Source: a virus
Taxonomy: Duplodnaviria; Caudoviricetes
Length of the DNA: 64,000 nt
Direction: 5' to 3' (one strand)
IMG/VR virus record: IMGVR_UViG_3300031555_006395
Span: 17,682-81,681 of that record
The notes below the pieces were generated by a model. It had not been told where the DNA came from, did not search any database, and worked only from the letters and a program-made list of their open reading frames with translations. Of the stretch, positions 28,143 to 36,722 are shown in pieces. Every line of letters starts with the position of its first letter. The first letter of the stretch is position 1. The translations under genes and the position numbers were made by a program.

Positions 28143-28284
28143 GATCGAAGTCACAAGCACCACCACAGTATATATCGAAGCTGATAATGAGGAGGCTGCG
28201 CTAATGGCCGCCTACCACGAGGCACTAAACGCATCACCAGATTTCTATGATTCAGTTATTGTTGATGTGGTTGACACAGAGTAA
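28129..28284 (+). CDS. DpnD/PcfM-like small acidic protein
   Basis: MKEYKIEVTSTTTVYIEADNEEAAL. Confidence 0.65.
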   Translation: MKEYKIEVTSTTTVYIEADNEEAALMAAYHEALNASPDFYDSVIVDVVDTE

Positions 28285-28297
28285 AAGGAGGGTGATT

Positions 28298-28486
28298 ATG
28301 TATCAAACCAAAGAAGAAAATCTTGCACATGAAATCGTTGAGCTGTTCGAAGAATTTTTGGATGAAAGGGGGATTAAAATCGAAAATCCAGATAAACAAC
28401 AGGATGAAAATGCAGCCAATATTTATGGGCTAGATTATGCTGATTTGTTTTATGGGATCCAGGATTTGATTTCAAAATATAAATAG
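28298..28486 (+). CDS. small acidic hypothetical protein
   Basis: RBS AAGGAGGGTG; FEEFLDERGIKIENPD...IYG. Confidence 0.65.
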   Translation: MYQTKEENLAHEIVELFEEFLDERGIKIENPDKQQDENAANIYGLDYADLFYGIQDLISKYK

Positions 28487-28487
28487 G

Positions 28488-28516
28488 TTGAATTTATCCT
28501 ATCGTTGTGGCATACT
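28488..28516 (+). promoter_or_regulatory. promoter of the phd-doc cassette
   Basis: TTGAAT-17 nt-CATACT with TG extension. Confidence 0.6.
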
Positions 28517-28537
28517 ATTATTAAAGGAGGTATGAAA

Positions 28538-28780
28538 ATGAATGTGAATACGAATAATCTTGTGTCCATTACCGAAGCGAATCAGAATTTTTCCAAAGTG
28601 GCGCGCCTTGTTGACGAAAATGGGCCTGTTGTTATCCTGAAAAATAATGTACCCAAGTATGTTGTTATTGAATTCGATCAGGTAGCAACGGAGCAGATTG
28701 CCGGAGACGAAGATGTTAAAACTCTTTCCAAGCGTCTGATGGAAAAGAATCGTAAAGCCTACGAGGTACTTGCGAAATGA
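28538..28780 (+). CDS. phd: Phd/YefM-family antitoxin
   Basis: VSITEANQNFSKVARLVDENGPVVILKNNVPKYVV. Confidence 0.9.
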   Translation: MNVNTNNLVSITEANQNFSKVARLVDENGPVVILKNNVPKYVVIEFDQVATEQIAGDEDVKTLSKRLMEKNRKAYEVLAK

Positions 28781-29157
28781 AAAAATTAAGCTACAACCAA
28801 GTCGTTTCATTGCATCATGAAATGATTATGGAAACAGGCGGGGTAGAAGGAATTCGTGACAATACTTTGTTAGAATCAGCATTGAATGCTCCCTTTCAAG
28901 GATACCAAGACACGTATTTCTACCCAACGATCCAACAAAAAGGGGCAAGATTAGGCTATGGGCTAATTAAAAACCATGCATTTTATGACGGCAATAAGAG
29001 AATTGGCGCCCACGTTATGTTGATCTTTTTAGAATTAAATGGTGTACATCTTACATATTCTCAAGAGGAGTTGATTGATATCGTTTTGCAGATCGCAAGA
29101 GATGTTAAAACATTCGATGATTTAACTCAGTGGATCTATCAACATGAAAAGAAATAA
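28777..29157 (+). CDS. doc: Doc (Fic-family) toxin
   Basis: NHAFYDGNKRIG Fic motif; ATGA overlap with phd. Confidence 0.9.
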   Translation: MKKLSYNQVVSLHHEMIMETGGVEGIRDNTLLESALNAPFQGYQDTYFYPTIQQKGARLGYGLIKNHAFYDGNKRIGAHVMLIFLELNGVHLTYSQEELIDIVLQIARDVKTFDDLTQWIYQHEKK

Positions 29158-29162
29158 ACGGT

Positions 29163-29188
29163 AAAAGCCCAGCGATTGCTGGGCTTTT
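29163..29188 (+). terminator. intrinsic (bidirectional-type) terminator
   Basis: AAAAGCCCAGC-GATT-GCTGGGCTTTT. Confidence 0.8.
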
Positions 29189-29192
29189 CTAT

Positions 29193-29726
29193 ATGAAAAT
29201 GAAAATGGAGGAACACACAATGATTATGAATCAAAAACACAAAACTGCAGAAGAACTGGTTGCAATGTTAAAAGATCAATACATTAGCGACTATTGCCGG
29301 ATGAATGACGCAATGAATTGCGGTTCCATTTCGCCTGAGTCAAAACAACAGTTATTTAAACTAATGAAATTTATTTTAAAAACCTTCCGCATGACAGTAG
29401 AAGAGTTCGATGCCGTTGTCGCAAAAAGTCAGGAGAAAAAGAAAGCTGCCACCGCAAATGAAATCCAAAATATTATTCTTCTACATAAGGCTGGGTATAA
29501 AAACTATCAGATCGCTGATTTCATGCACTGGGATCCAATTAAAGTTGGTCGAATTTTAATTGAAAATGGCTATCGGCAAAAAACTGTACATAGAAGAAAA
29601 AAGAGCGAAATGGCCCAAGCAGAAATAATTATGGTAGATGATTTCCGTAAAGCTATGAAAAAACTTCCCCAGTCTGAGCAGCGGAGAATTGAAAAGGTAT
29701 TTCAAATTCTTAGCGCAATGAATTAA
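29193..29726 (+). CDS. hypothetical protein with HTH-like segment
   Basis: GYKNYQIADFMHWDPIKVGRIL. Confidence 0.6.
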   Translation: MKMKMEEHTMIMNQKHKTAEELVAMLKDQYISDYCRMNDAMNCGSISPESKQQLFKLMKFILKTFRMTVEEFDAVVAKSQEKKKAATANEIQNIILLHKAGYKNYQIADFMHWDPIKVGRILIENGYRQKTVHRRKKSEMAQAEIIMVDDFRKAMKKLPQSEQRRIEKVFQILSAMN

Positions 29727-29727
29727 C

Positions 29728-29755
29728 TTGACATAACCAACCATTATGATAAGAT
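29728..29755 (+). promoter_or_regulatory. sigma-A promoter
   Basis: TTGACA-16 nt-TAAGAT with TG extension. Confidence 0.6.
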
Positions 29756-29771
29756 GAAGGGGGTGATGAAT

Positions 29772-30044
29772 ATGGGTATTAAATGGAAACCGTTTATGAT
29801 TTTTTTCTTCATTATAGGAATACTTTGGGTTTTAGTTGGTATCATTGATGCTGATTATCAACCAGAAGCAATATCGTTCGGATTACTTTGTATGTTTCCT
29901 TTTGCAATCTATCGTCTCAGTTTGCTTCAAGATCGCTTAGAAGAAAAAGATAATAAGGACGAAAATCAAATCAGTATTCCAAGTGAAACCCAAGAGGAAA
30001 CAAAGGATGAAAGAGATAAATTTTTTGATCCAGAAGATTATTAA
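29772..30044 (+). CDS. two-TM membrane protein with acidic tail
   Basis: Hydrophobic N-terminal half; own promoter. Confidence 0.7.
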   Translation: MGIKWKPFMIFFFIIGILWVLVGIIDADYQPEAISFGLLCMFPFAIYRLSLLQDRLEEKDNKDENQISIPSETQEETKDERDKFFDPEDY

Positions 30045-30084
30045 AAGAAAATGGAAATATCTGGTAAATCAATTTTATTCTATA

Positions 30085-30112
30085 TTGACATTTTAATCAT
30101 ATTATATATAAT
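30085..30112 (+). promoter_or_regulatory. sigma-A promoter
   Basis: TTGACA-16 nt-TATAAT. Confidence 0.7.
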
Positions 30113-30124
30113 GAAATTGAAAGG

Positions 30125-31663
30125 ATGATAAAAATGAAAACAATGGATGTACATAACTGGAATGACTTTAAAAATAATTCGATGGAGAGGGTTCGCCTTC
30201 TCGATACGATTGTAAGAGCTGTTGAATACGATGGCGGTGCAGAATGTATTGCCGGTACGAATACTCTTGACGAGATTAAGTCTTTATTCCCTCAGTACAG
30301 AAAGACTTATAAAAATAATAAACTTTACATTGAAAAGGAGCAGAGAACTATGAAAACTATCGCCAACATGAATCACGAAGATACTTACGAAATGGATAAT
30401 GTTATCAGTTTGAATATGCTGGATGCGGAAGACATTATCAATGACGAGATCGATAGCGCCGATGAAGAGCAGGTAATGGAGGCCGACGAAGTAATGGAGG
30501 CTCTGAGCGCCGCAGCCGAAGAGCTCGATGATGAAAATGAAATTGAAATGAAGCAGCATGATTGGTCTTCTGAAACAATTACCGTCAGAGCTCTTTTAAA
30601 AAGATATAAGGACAATAAAATTGAATTGCCGCTGTGCCAGAGACTTTATGTCTGGACAAAGAACCAGCGTGAAGCATTGATGGATTCTGTACGTCTTGGT
30701 CTCCCTTGTGGAATGATCATTGTTGCTGATGTAGACGGCAAAAAATATCTTCTCGATGGACTGCAGAGAACAACGTCGCTGATGCTTATGAGCGACAACA
30801 AGAATCTGACCGCCGAAGAAAAGAAAATGATTCTGGATTATAAGATTACCATTGGAACGGTTTACGATATGGACATTGCCACTATGAAAATGTATTTTGG
30901 TCGATTGAATAGCGGTATGGCTTTGGCTACTGCAGTCAAAGAGAGATCGAAACTTTCTGAAGCTATCAATAACGCCATCCTGAAGGTCGCCAGTCATCCT
31001 TTCTTTAGAGATGCCGATACAAATGCCACTTTCAAAAAGGCGCATCATCATGAGCTGATCGCCATGAATTCGCTTTTGGCGGCTTCTAAATGCGATCAGA
31101 CGAAGAATAACGCAAAAGAGTTGGGCAGAGCGCTGGCCGCAAATGAAAACGTGATTCTGGAAAATGTAGATAAAGCCTGTAAGCTTGTTGAGCGTATGAT
31201 GAACGTAATGGCTGAGCTGCCCGCTGCGGTTATGAAACGCGCCATGAATGCAAACTATATTGGAGTGTTGGCATTTGTACTGGCTCGAAATGAAATCAGC
31301 GATAAAGCTGTAAAAGCTGCAACCGAATATATCTTTAAAGATAAACGAGCGGTAAAATCTTATTCCCGTACTACCAGTTCTGGTGCCGGTGATCTTCGTA
31401 TGGTGAAACAGAGATACGACGTGATTCTCGATGTAGTTAAAACATACAGTGATGCCGGATCGACCAATGAAGATGCTTTTAAAGTTTGGTGCCAGGACAA
31501 TAGTAATGGTGTATTGAAAACTTCTGATAAAGAGTATATCGTGGACTTCAATGAGTTTATTCAGGCGGAAAAAGAGGCGTTGTTTAATGCGATGCGAAAG
31601 AATGATATGAAAACCTACGATAAAATTATCCGTACTACCTATAATAACTTGGAGGCAGAGTAA
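30125..31663 (+). CDS. DUF262 (GmrSD N-terminal/ParB-Srx fold) protein with acidic tract; second in-frame start at 30348
   Basis: LPLCQRLYVW, GLPCGMII, LLDGLQRTTSL; internal RBS AAAGGAG. Confidence 0.75.
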   Translation: MIKMKTMDVHNWNDFKNNSMERVRLLDTIVRAVEYDGGAECIAGTNTLDEIKSLFPQYRKTYKNNKLYIEKEQRTMKTIANMNHEDTYEMDNVISLNMLDAEDIINDEIDSADEEQVMEADEVMEALSAAAEELDDENEIEMKQHDWSSETITVRALLKRYKDNKIELPLCQRLYVWTKNQREALMDSVRLGLPCGMIIVADVDGKKYLLDGLQRTTSLMLMSDNKNLTAEEKKMILDYKITIGTVYDMDIATMKMYFGRLNSGMALATAVKERSKLSEAINNAILKVASHPFFRDADTNATFKKAHHHELIAMNSLLAASKCDQTKNNAKELGRALAANENVILENVDKACKLVERMMNVMAELPAAVMKRAMNANYIGVLAFVLARNEISDKAVKAATEYIFKDKRAVKSYSRTTSSGAGDLRMVKQRYDVILDVVKTYSDAGSTNEDAFKVWCQDNSNGVLKTSDKEYIVDFNEFIQAEKEALFNAMRKNDMKTYDKIIRTTYNNLEAE

Positions 31664-31672
31664 TCTGCCTCC
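31651..31672 (+). terminator. hairpin terminator
   Basis: GGAGGCAGA-GTAA-TCTGCCTCC. Confidence 0.65.
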
Positions 31673-31742
31673 ACTCTTTCTATCGCTGCTTCTATGAAAA
31701 AGTATAAATATATGGTAGAATACAAAAGAAGGGAGTGATAAT

Positions 31743-32522
31743 ATGAGAACCCCAACGAAAATCACAACGGCCATAGGCTTGTTTTTAGGTGCCGGTCTTT
31801 TAGAATTCAAAGATCAGTTGAGAGCTGAAGCAGCGGAAGCCCATATGGATTATTTCTTCTATCAGATGGACAGGACATCTTTAAGTCTGGAACACGCCTT
31901 ATTTGATTATTATCGTATGGTAATCCATTTTACAACAAAAGGCTTGGTTAAATCCAAACTCAATGATTTTATGGATGAATTCTATGATGATCCTATTATT
32001 GCTCCATTGTCTAATGACGATGCCAATGAACTGGCTTTAGCCTTGGTAGAGCGATATTACGATACTTATAATTTTTTTCCGTTCGATAGTCATGCTCCAT
32101 TTAAGCATCTTATAAAGACGGCACCGATATATACTCAGGATTTTCTGTATGGTTGCTGTTATAAAAACGGGATCAGTTGGCGCTCTTGGATCGATTGGCG
32201 TATCCCTGATTACCAGTACAGAGGAATTCGGGATATGAAAAAGAATCCAAATCATCCTATTCTTTATAATCCAATGAAAGAGTGGGGACCAGTCGAGGAT
32301 CGAACAAAAATCATATATGAGCAACGCGAAGCTGCGCTGAAAACATATATCGAGAAGAAAGGATATAAATTCAGCGGAAACAATGCCCGCCATTTTTGGG
32401 GATATGGAACCAACAGAGAAAACGGTTCATTGGGTTCCGCTTGCTTTTATCTCGAAAAAATTGTGGATGACGATTACATTATCGCGGCGATGGCTACTCC
32501 TCATTCCCCCATCAGACTGTAA
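31743..32522 (+). CDS. hypothetical protein (moron-like)
   Basis: 259 aa; RBS GGGAGTG; extended -10 TGGTAGAAT upstream. Confidence 0.7.
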   Translation: MRTPTKITTAIGLFLGAGLLEFKDQLRAEAAEAHMDYFFYQMDRTSLSLEHALFDYYRMVIHFTTKGLVKSKLNDFMDEFYDDPIIAPLSNDDANELALALVERYYDTYNFFPFDSHAPFKHLIKTAPIYTQDFLYGCCYKNGISWRSWIDWRIPDYQYRGIRDMKKNPNHPILYNPMKEWGPVEDRTKIIYEQREAALKTYIEKKGYKFSGNNARHFWGYGTNRENGSLGSACFYLEKIVDDDYIIAAMATPHSPIRL

Positions 32523-32618
32523 CCGTTATGATTATTGAGCCTCTTCTATGAAGAGGCTCTCTCTTATAAAGTGCGCTTGGTCGATACAAAGGAAAAATTT
32601 AAAGGAGGTAAATATAAA

Positions 32619-33017
32619 ATGAAATTGATTCTATTAAGAGATTGTGAAAATGTTTTGTATATTGCATCAGTTGATTCTGACAACACTTTTACAATCGATA
32701 AATCCATTTCCATTCTTTTTGATCGCCAGAAGATCGAAACGATGGCAATCAGTAGAGTCTTTGAGGGAAATATGACAGATTTCATACCGGCTTTCCAACC
32801 GGTTGCTATTGATCCAAAAGGTCTGTTGCCTTGTCCTTTTTGTGGGTCAACTCAGTTAACGATTGGAACCAGTTACGAAATCAGTGGAGATCCTGACGGA
32901 CATGATAATTATTGTGTGTGTTGCGATTATACAAAGGGTGGATGCGGAGCTTGTTCTGGTGTACGTGAAACTGAAACTGAAGCCATACGAAGATGGAATC
33001 AAAGGGTGAAACGATGA
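32619..33017 (+). CDS. Lar-family restriction-alleviation zinc-finger protein
   Basis: LLPCPFCGS...CCD...GCGAC...EAIRRWNQR. Confidence 0.75.
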   Translation: MKLILLRDCENVLYIASVDSDNTFTIDKSISILFDRQKIETMAISRVFEGNMTDFIPAFQPVAIDPKGLLPCPFCGSTQLTIGTSYEISGDPDGHDNYCVCCDYTKGGCGACSGVRETETEAIRRWNQRVKR

Positions 33018-33244
33018 GATTATATTTTGCAAATCGATTTGATGAAAGACGTTTGATTGGCGAACCGAAAACAAAACAACAAGCAATGAAAATGATTGCG
33101 GATTTTTGTAAGGCACACGATTACTCTTTTATATACGTCAGAACTTGGGAAGATGACGATGGAGCAACCGTTTATGATGTGGGCAGCCATTCAGAATTCT
33201 TTTACTTATATTCTGATGAAAGGGGAGAGGAAAATGTTTTGTAA
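33014..33244 (+). CDS. hypothetical protein
   Basis: ATGA overlap; VYDVGSHSEFF. Confidence 0.65.
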   Translation: MRLYFANRFDERRLIGEPKTKQQAMKMIADFCKAHDYSFIYVRTWEDDDGATVYDVGSHSEFFYLYSDERGEENVL

Positions 33245-33455
33245 TAGTCTAGCATCCGTCGAGCAAATCGATATTTCTGTGTTGGGTACAGACAATCAGC
33301 ATTATGATTTACATGCACAAGATTTTTACCATTGTGAAAATGCGACTCTTTCTATTGAAAAATATAGTCGGCCTTTCCCCAAATATAAAATAACACTGCA
33401 ATTTGAATGCGATTCTTATTCGATGGAAACTCTACGAAAAAACTTAATATATTGA
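33234..33455 (+). CDS. hypothetical protein
   Basis: RBS GGAGAGG. Confidence 0.5.
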   Translation: MFCNSLASVEQIDISVLGTDNQHYDLHAQDFYHCENATLSIEKYSRPFPKYKITLQFECDSYSMETLRKNLIY

Positions 33456-33475
33456 AAAATAAAGGGTGGTTGTAT

Positions 33476-33925
33476 ATGAAAATTAAAGACATAAAATATG
33501 TAAACACAAAAGAAACCAGAACAGACGGCAGATATCCTTTGCGCATCGGCAGTATCGTAGATTATTATATTAAGCCTGAGATAGGTTATCCAATGTTATT
33601 GTCGTACAAAAAAGATAATAAAGGTAAAGATAAAGCCGGTATTCTTAGAACAAGTTTAATCAGAAAGATTGTAGAAACTGAAACAGAAATCAGTATTGAA
33701 ACCGTGAACAGTATTTATGTATTAGAAAAAGAGACGATTGGAGGAATGTATATGAATGAAGTGTGCGGAGATAATCGGTTTGAAATAATTTCGAAAGCGA
33801 AAAATCATTTGATCGAAAGCACCAATATTGAAACGGCTGCAGATGAGATGAAAGTATTAGATAGTTTCCTATATCGTTGTTGGCAGATGGGTTGGTTGGA
33901 TCAGTATGACACATCCAAACAGTAA
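33476..33925 (+). CDS. hypothetical protein; apparent in-frame fusion of two small genes (internal start 33752)
   Basis: Internal RBS GGAGG before MNEVCGDNRFE. Confidence 0.6.
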   Translation: MKIKDIKYVNTKETRTDGRYPLRIGSIVDYYIKPEIGYPMLLSYKKDNKGKDKAGILRTSLIRKIVETETEISIETVNSIYVLEKETIGGMYMNEVCGDNRFEIISKAKNHLIESTNIETAADEMKVLDSFLYRCWQMGWLDQYDTSKQ

Positions 33926-33939
33926 AGGGAGGCTTACAT

Positions 33940-34089
33940 ATTAGAAAACTGTATGGTTCTCTTATGTTTTTGGGAAAGGTATTGATAGTATTGGCTAGTA
34001 TTCCTGTTGCAATCGTTTTGGCTGTCGCAACAACCGCATTAATTGTTGCATCCGCTCTTGGCTTAGTATATTGCATGAGCAGATTTTAG
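33940..34089 (+). CDS. 49-aa membrane peptide; probable ATT start
   Basis: Not in ORF track; RBS GGGAGG 7 nt before ATT; long hydrophobic stretch. Confidence 0.45.
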   Translation: MRKLYGSLMFLGKVLIVLASIPVAIVLAVATTALIVASALGLVYCMSRF

Positions 34090-34100
34090 ACAAAAGAAAG

Positions 34101-34122
34101 GGGAGAGGTTACGACCTCTCCC
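34101..34122. terminator. hairpin at convergent transcription units
   Basis: GGGAGAGGT-TACG-ACCTCTCCC. Confidence 0.65.
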
Positions 34123-34558
34123 TTCCCATCAGCTCAAGTTTTAAATCTACGTATTGTTGCGGGATACCGGCAAGAATCGCAAGTTGCTCTTTTGAAAAAC
34201 TGATATGTTCTTCAATGAAATCATCAGATAACAATAACTCTGCTACAAAAAGATTTGCCTCTCGTTCAGGACGATATTCAAATCCCCAGGGTGAATCCGC
34301 TTCTGTGAATGCGGCCAAATGACGATGCAGAACCTGGTGTGCAATCTCGTGAGCAATAACAACCCTCTTTTCCTCATCGCTCAAATCTTCTTTTAACAAA
34401 ATGTAATCGAATCCAAACGAGGAATAAAATAATCCCTTCGTTTTATTCAGAGGGCGTTCCCAAATTTCAATGCAAAGACATTCACATAATTCATACGGAT
34501 CTCTTGTTCCATATAAAGAAATCAATTCTAAGGCTTTGCTTTTAATGAAACTTTTCAA
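34109..34558 (-). CDS. ImmA/IrrE-family metallopeptidase (anti-repressor)
   Basis: AHEIAH (HExxH), EREANLFVAELLL; GTRDPYELC N-terminus. Confidence 0.9.
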   Translation of the reverse strand: MKSFIKSKALELISLYGTRDPYELCECLCIEIWERPLNKTKGLFYSSFGFDYILLKEDLSDEEKRVVIAHEIAHQVLHRHLAAFTEADSPWGFEYRPEREANLFVAELLLSDDFIEEHISFSKEQLAILAGIPQQYVDLKLELMGRERS

Positions 34559-34564
34559 TTATAA

Positions 34565-34939
34565 TTACTCCTCATTTTTCGATTTGGCGATTCCGGCTTT
34601 GATTTTGGCATCAATATACATTTCTGAAATCGCATTATAAATAATTCCCAAATCGTTTTCATCCATTTTTCCACCCATATATAAAGCGGAAATCTGATTA
34701 ATAACTTCTTTGGGATCATTATAATTTATATCTTGTCCAATAAAGCGGTCTTCAACTAGAGCTGCGGGAGAAACATTTAAAGCTTGGGCTAAGCTGTTAA
34801 TACTTTTTAGAGTTGGCTGCTTTTCGTTACGCTCCCAAACACCAATGGATCTATCGGAGATACCCAGCTTTTCCGCAAGTTCAACTCTTGTCATTCCTGC
34901 ATTCGTTCGAATGGTTTTCAAATTATCTCCAAAACTCAT
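34565..34939 (-). CDS. XRE-family repressor (ImmR-like)
   Basis: FGDNLKTIR...MTRVELAEKLGISDRSIGVWERNEKQP. Confidence 0.9.
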   Translation of the reverse strand: MSFGDNLKTIRTNAGMTRVELAEKLGISDRSIGVWERNEKQPTLKSINSLAQALNVSPAALVEDRFIGQDINYNDPKEVINQISALYMGGKMDENDLGIIYNAISEMYIDAKIKAGIAKSKNEE

Positions 34940-34952
34940 GCTTTCTGTCCCC

Positions 34953-34981
34953 TTTACAAACTAAAAGATGTATGATATTAT
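34953..34981 (+). promoter_or_regulatory. rightward switch promoter
   Basis: TTTACA-17 nt-TATTAT with TG extension. Confidence 0.7.
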
Positions 34982-35038
34982 GACTTTGCAATCTTTAAAA
35001 CGGATATTTAATCAAAAAACAATTTTTAAGTTGTTTTT

Positions 35039-35067
35039 ATTCTATCAAAACATACTTGCTTTGTCAA
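35039..35067 (-). promoter_or_regulatory. leftward (repressor) promoter, face-to-face with 34953
   Basis: TTGACA-17 nt-TAGAAT with TG extension. Confidence 0.8.
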
Positions 35068-35083
35068 CAAAAGGAGTCAAAAA

Positions 35084-35395
35084 ATGAAGCTTTTAAACGA
35101 AGAAATTGAAACGATGTATTCTGATTACGATTTCTCTGGCTTGATTGTAAATTCACTGCCAAACCAAGTAGAATATCTTCTCCCAATTGTTCCACAGGTG
35201 AATTTTATTTTTGACGATTTTTTCTACCGGAATGAAATCGATATCCCGTTTGATAGTTCTTATTATTTAAGGATTATCCGTTCAGCGACGGCATTTTTAT
35301 TCGATCTATTTGCTTGTGATGATAATGCGAATTTCACCTCTGTACATATTCAATCTGTCGAAGATTGGATTTTAAAAAAGGTTGCAATTTTATAA
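35084..35395 (+). CDS. acidic hypothetical protein
   Basis: RBS AAGGAG; first gene after the switch. Confidence 0.7.
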   Translation: MKLLNEEIETMYSDYDFSGLIVNSLPNQVEYLLPIVPQVNFIFDDFFYRNEIDIPFDSSYYLRIIRSATAFLFDLFACDDNANFTSVHIQSVEDWILKKVAIL

Positions 35396-35410
35396 AGAAT
35401 ATGGTATTCT
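35382..35410 (+). promoter_or_regulatory. sigma-A promoter for the YopQ/MrpR-like operon
   Basis: TTGCAA-17 nt-TATTCT with TG extension. Confidence 0.65.
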
Positions 35411-35420
35411 TTACTAAGAG

Positions 35421-36722
35421 GTGATAAAATTGATTCATAACAGAGAAGAGCTTAATAAAGCCCTACAAACAATTTTTCAAACGAATGATGCTGTACTGCG
35501 TTCTGGCGCAGCTCAAAAACTTTATGAAAATAAAGGTATTTCCCAAATTGAAGTATTTAATATTTGGGGTGGAAATACGGCCATCGAAGATGCTCCTGAT
35601 GAATTAGTTTGTGCTCTGGCTCAATTTCTTCACCCTCACAACAAGAGATTGTTACAAGGATGGGATACTCTTTTTACAGATGAAGTGAAAAATAAATCCT
35701 TTAAACAAAAAACGGATGATGAAAAGACTTACCCAATTATTATTAAAAATGCAGTTTTAATTAACCATAATCATTACCTTGCATCGATTCACATTTCGCA
35801 ACTGTTTAAGCTTCAGCATCAAGGTTTACTGAGACGAGAAGCAGATACACAGCGAGAAACCATTACAAAGGTTGTCAATGGTGTGAAAATCTCGTATATC
35901 AACGTGGATTATGACCAGGTGTTTCAAATTGCGAAGGCATTAAAAGAACGAAAATATTTCCCCGATGAGCTTAAAATTAATATCATTGATAATGGAAACG
36001 CCCTATTTGAATATGATGATAATAAAAAAGAGTTAATTATTCGCGCCGGCGATTTAAGCGTTGTCGATGGTAATCACCGTCTTTTGGCGATTGAAGCTGC
36101 GATGGGGGAGGATCCTACAATAGACTTATCTTTCCCTGTATCGATAACCTATTATCCAATTTGGAAATCGCAGGAAATGTTAATCCAACAGGAGAAAAAG
36201 CGCCCCATCAATAAAGCTTTGATTAAAACGTTTGCAAATACGCAGGAAAATGCTGTCGTAGCTGAAATTTATCGAAATAACCTGCTCATGCCTGGACTTG
36301 AGATTACTAAAGAAGAATACGCAGCATATAATGGTTATGCGCATATTCTGTATTCTGACCTTGCTGATGCTGTTAATTTAAGCTACTCTCAAACAGAAAT
36401 AGCGATGAAAAAAGATGAGGTCGTCGAGAATGTCGTAAAAGCAATCAATCTCTTCGCAATGAATAAATCTCATTTCTTTTTCAATGAGTCAGGGTCGATT
36501 CGACGTAGAAATCTATTCATTAAAAAATGCGGCGGTTTGTACTATATGATTAAAGCGTATCAATATGCTCAAAAGAGTACGGATTCCAGTGCAGTTTATT
36601 TAAATATTATTGAAAATACAGATTATGATCGTTATTCCTATGCATTTACTCATGCAGGGCCTAACAATCTAAACCAGGTTCAGGCAATCGATCGTTTGAT
36701 TGAGGAGGCCGCTCATGCTTAA
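35421..36722 (+). CDS. DGQHR/DndB-like (ParB-fold) protein, SPbeta YopQ-like
   Basis: VVDGNHRLLAI motif, QRET, QQEKKRPI; synteny with the MrpR-like gene. Confidence 0.7.
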   Translation: MIKLIHNREELNKALQTIFQTNDAVLRSGAAQKLYENKGISQIEVFNIWGGNTAIEDAPDELVCALAQFLHPHNKRLLQGWDTLFTDEVKNKSFKQKTDDEKTYPIIIKNAVLINHNHYLASIHISQLFKLQHQGLLRREADTQRETITKVVNGVKISYINVDYDQVFQIAKALKERKYFPDELKINIIDNGNALFEYDDNKKELIIRAGDLSVVDGNHRLLAIEAAMGEDPTIDLSFPVSITYYPIWKSQEMLIQQEKKRPINKALIKTFANTQENAVVAEIYRNNLLMPGLEITKEEYAAYNGYAHILYSDLADAVNLSYSQTEIAMKKDEVVENVVKAINLFAMNKSHFFFNESGSIRRRNLFIKKCGGLYYMIKAYQYAQKSTDSSAVYLNIIENTDYDRYSYAFTHAGPNNLNQVQAIDRLIEEAAHA

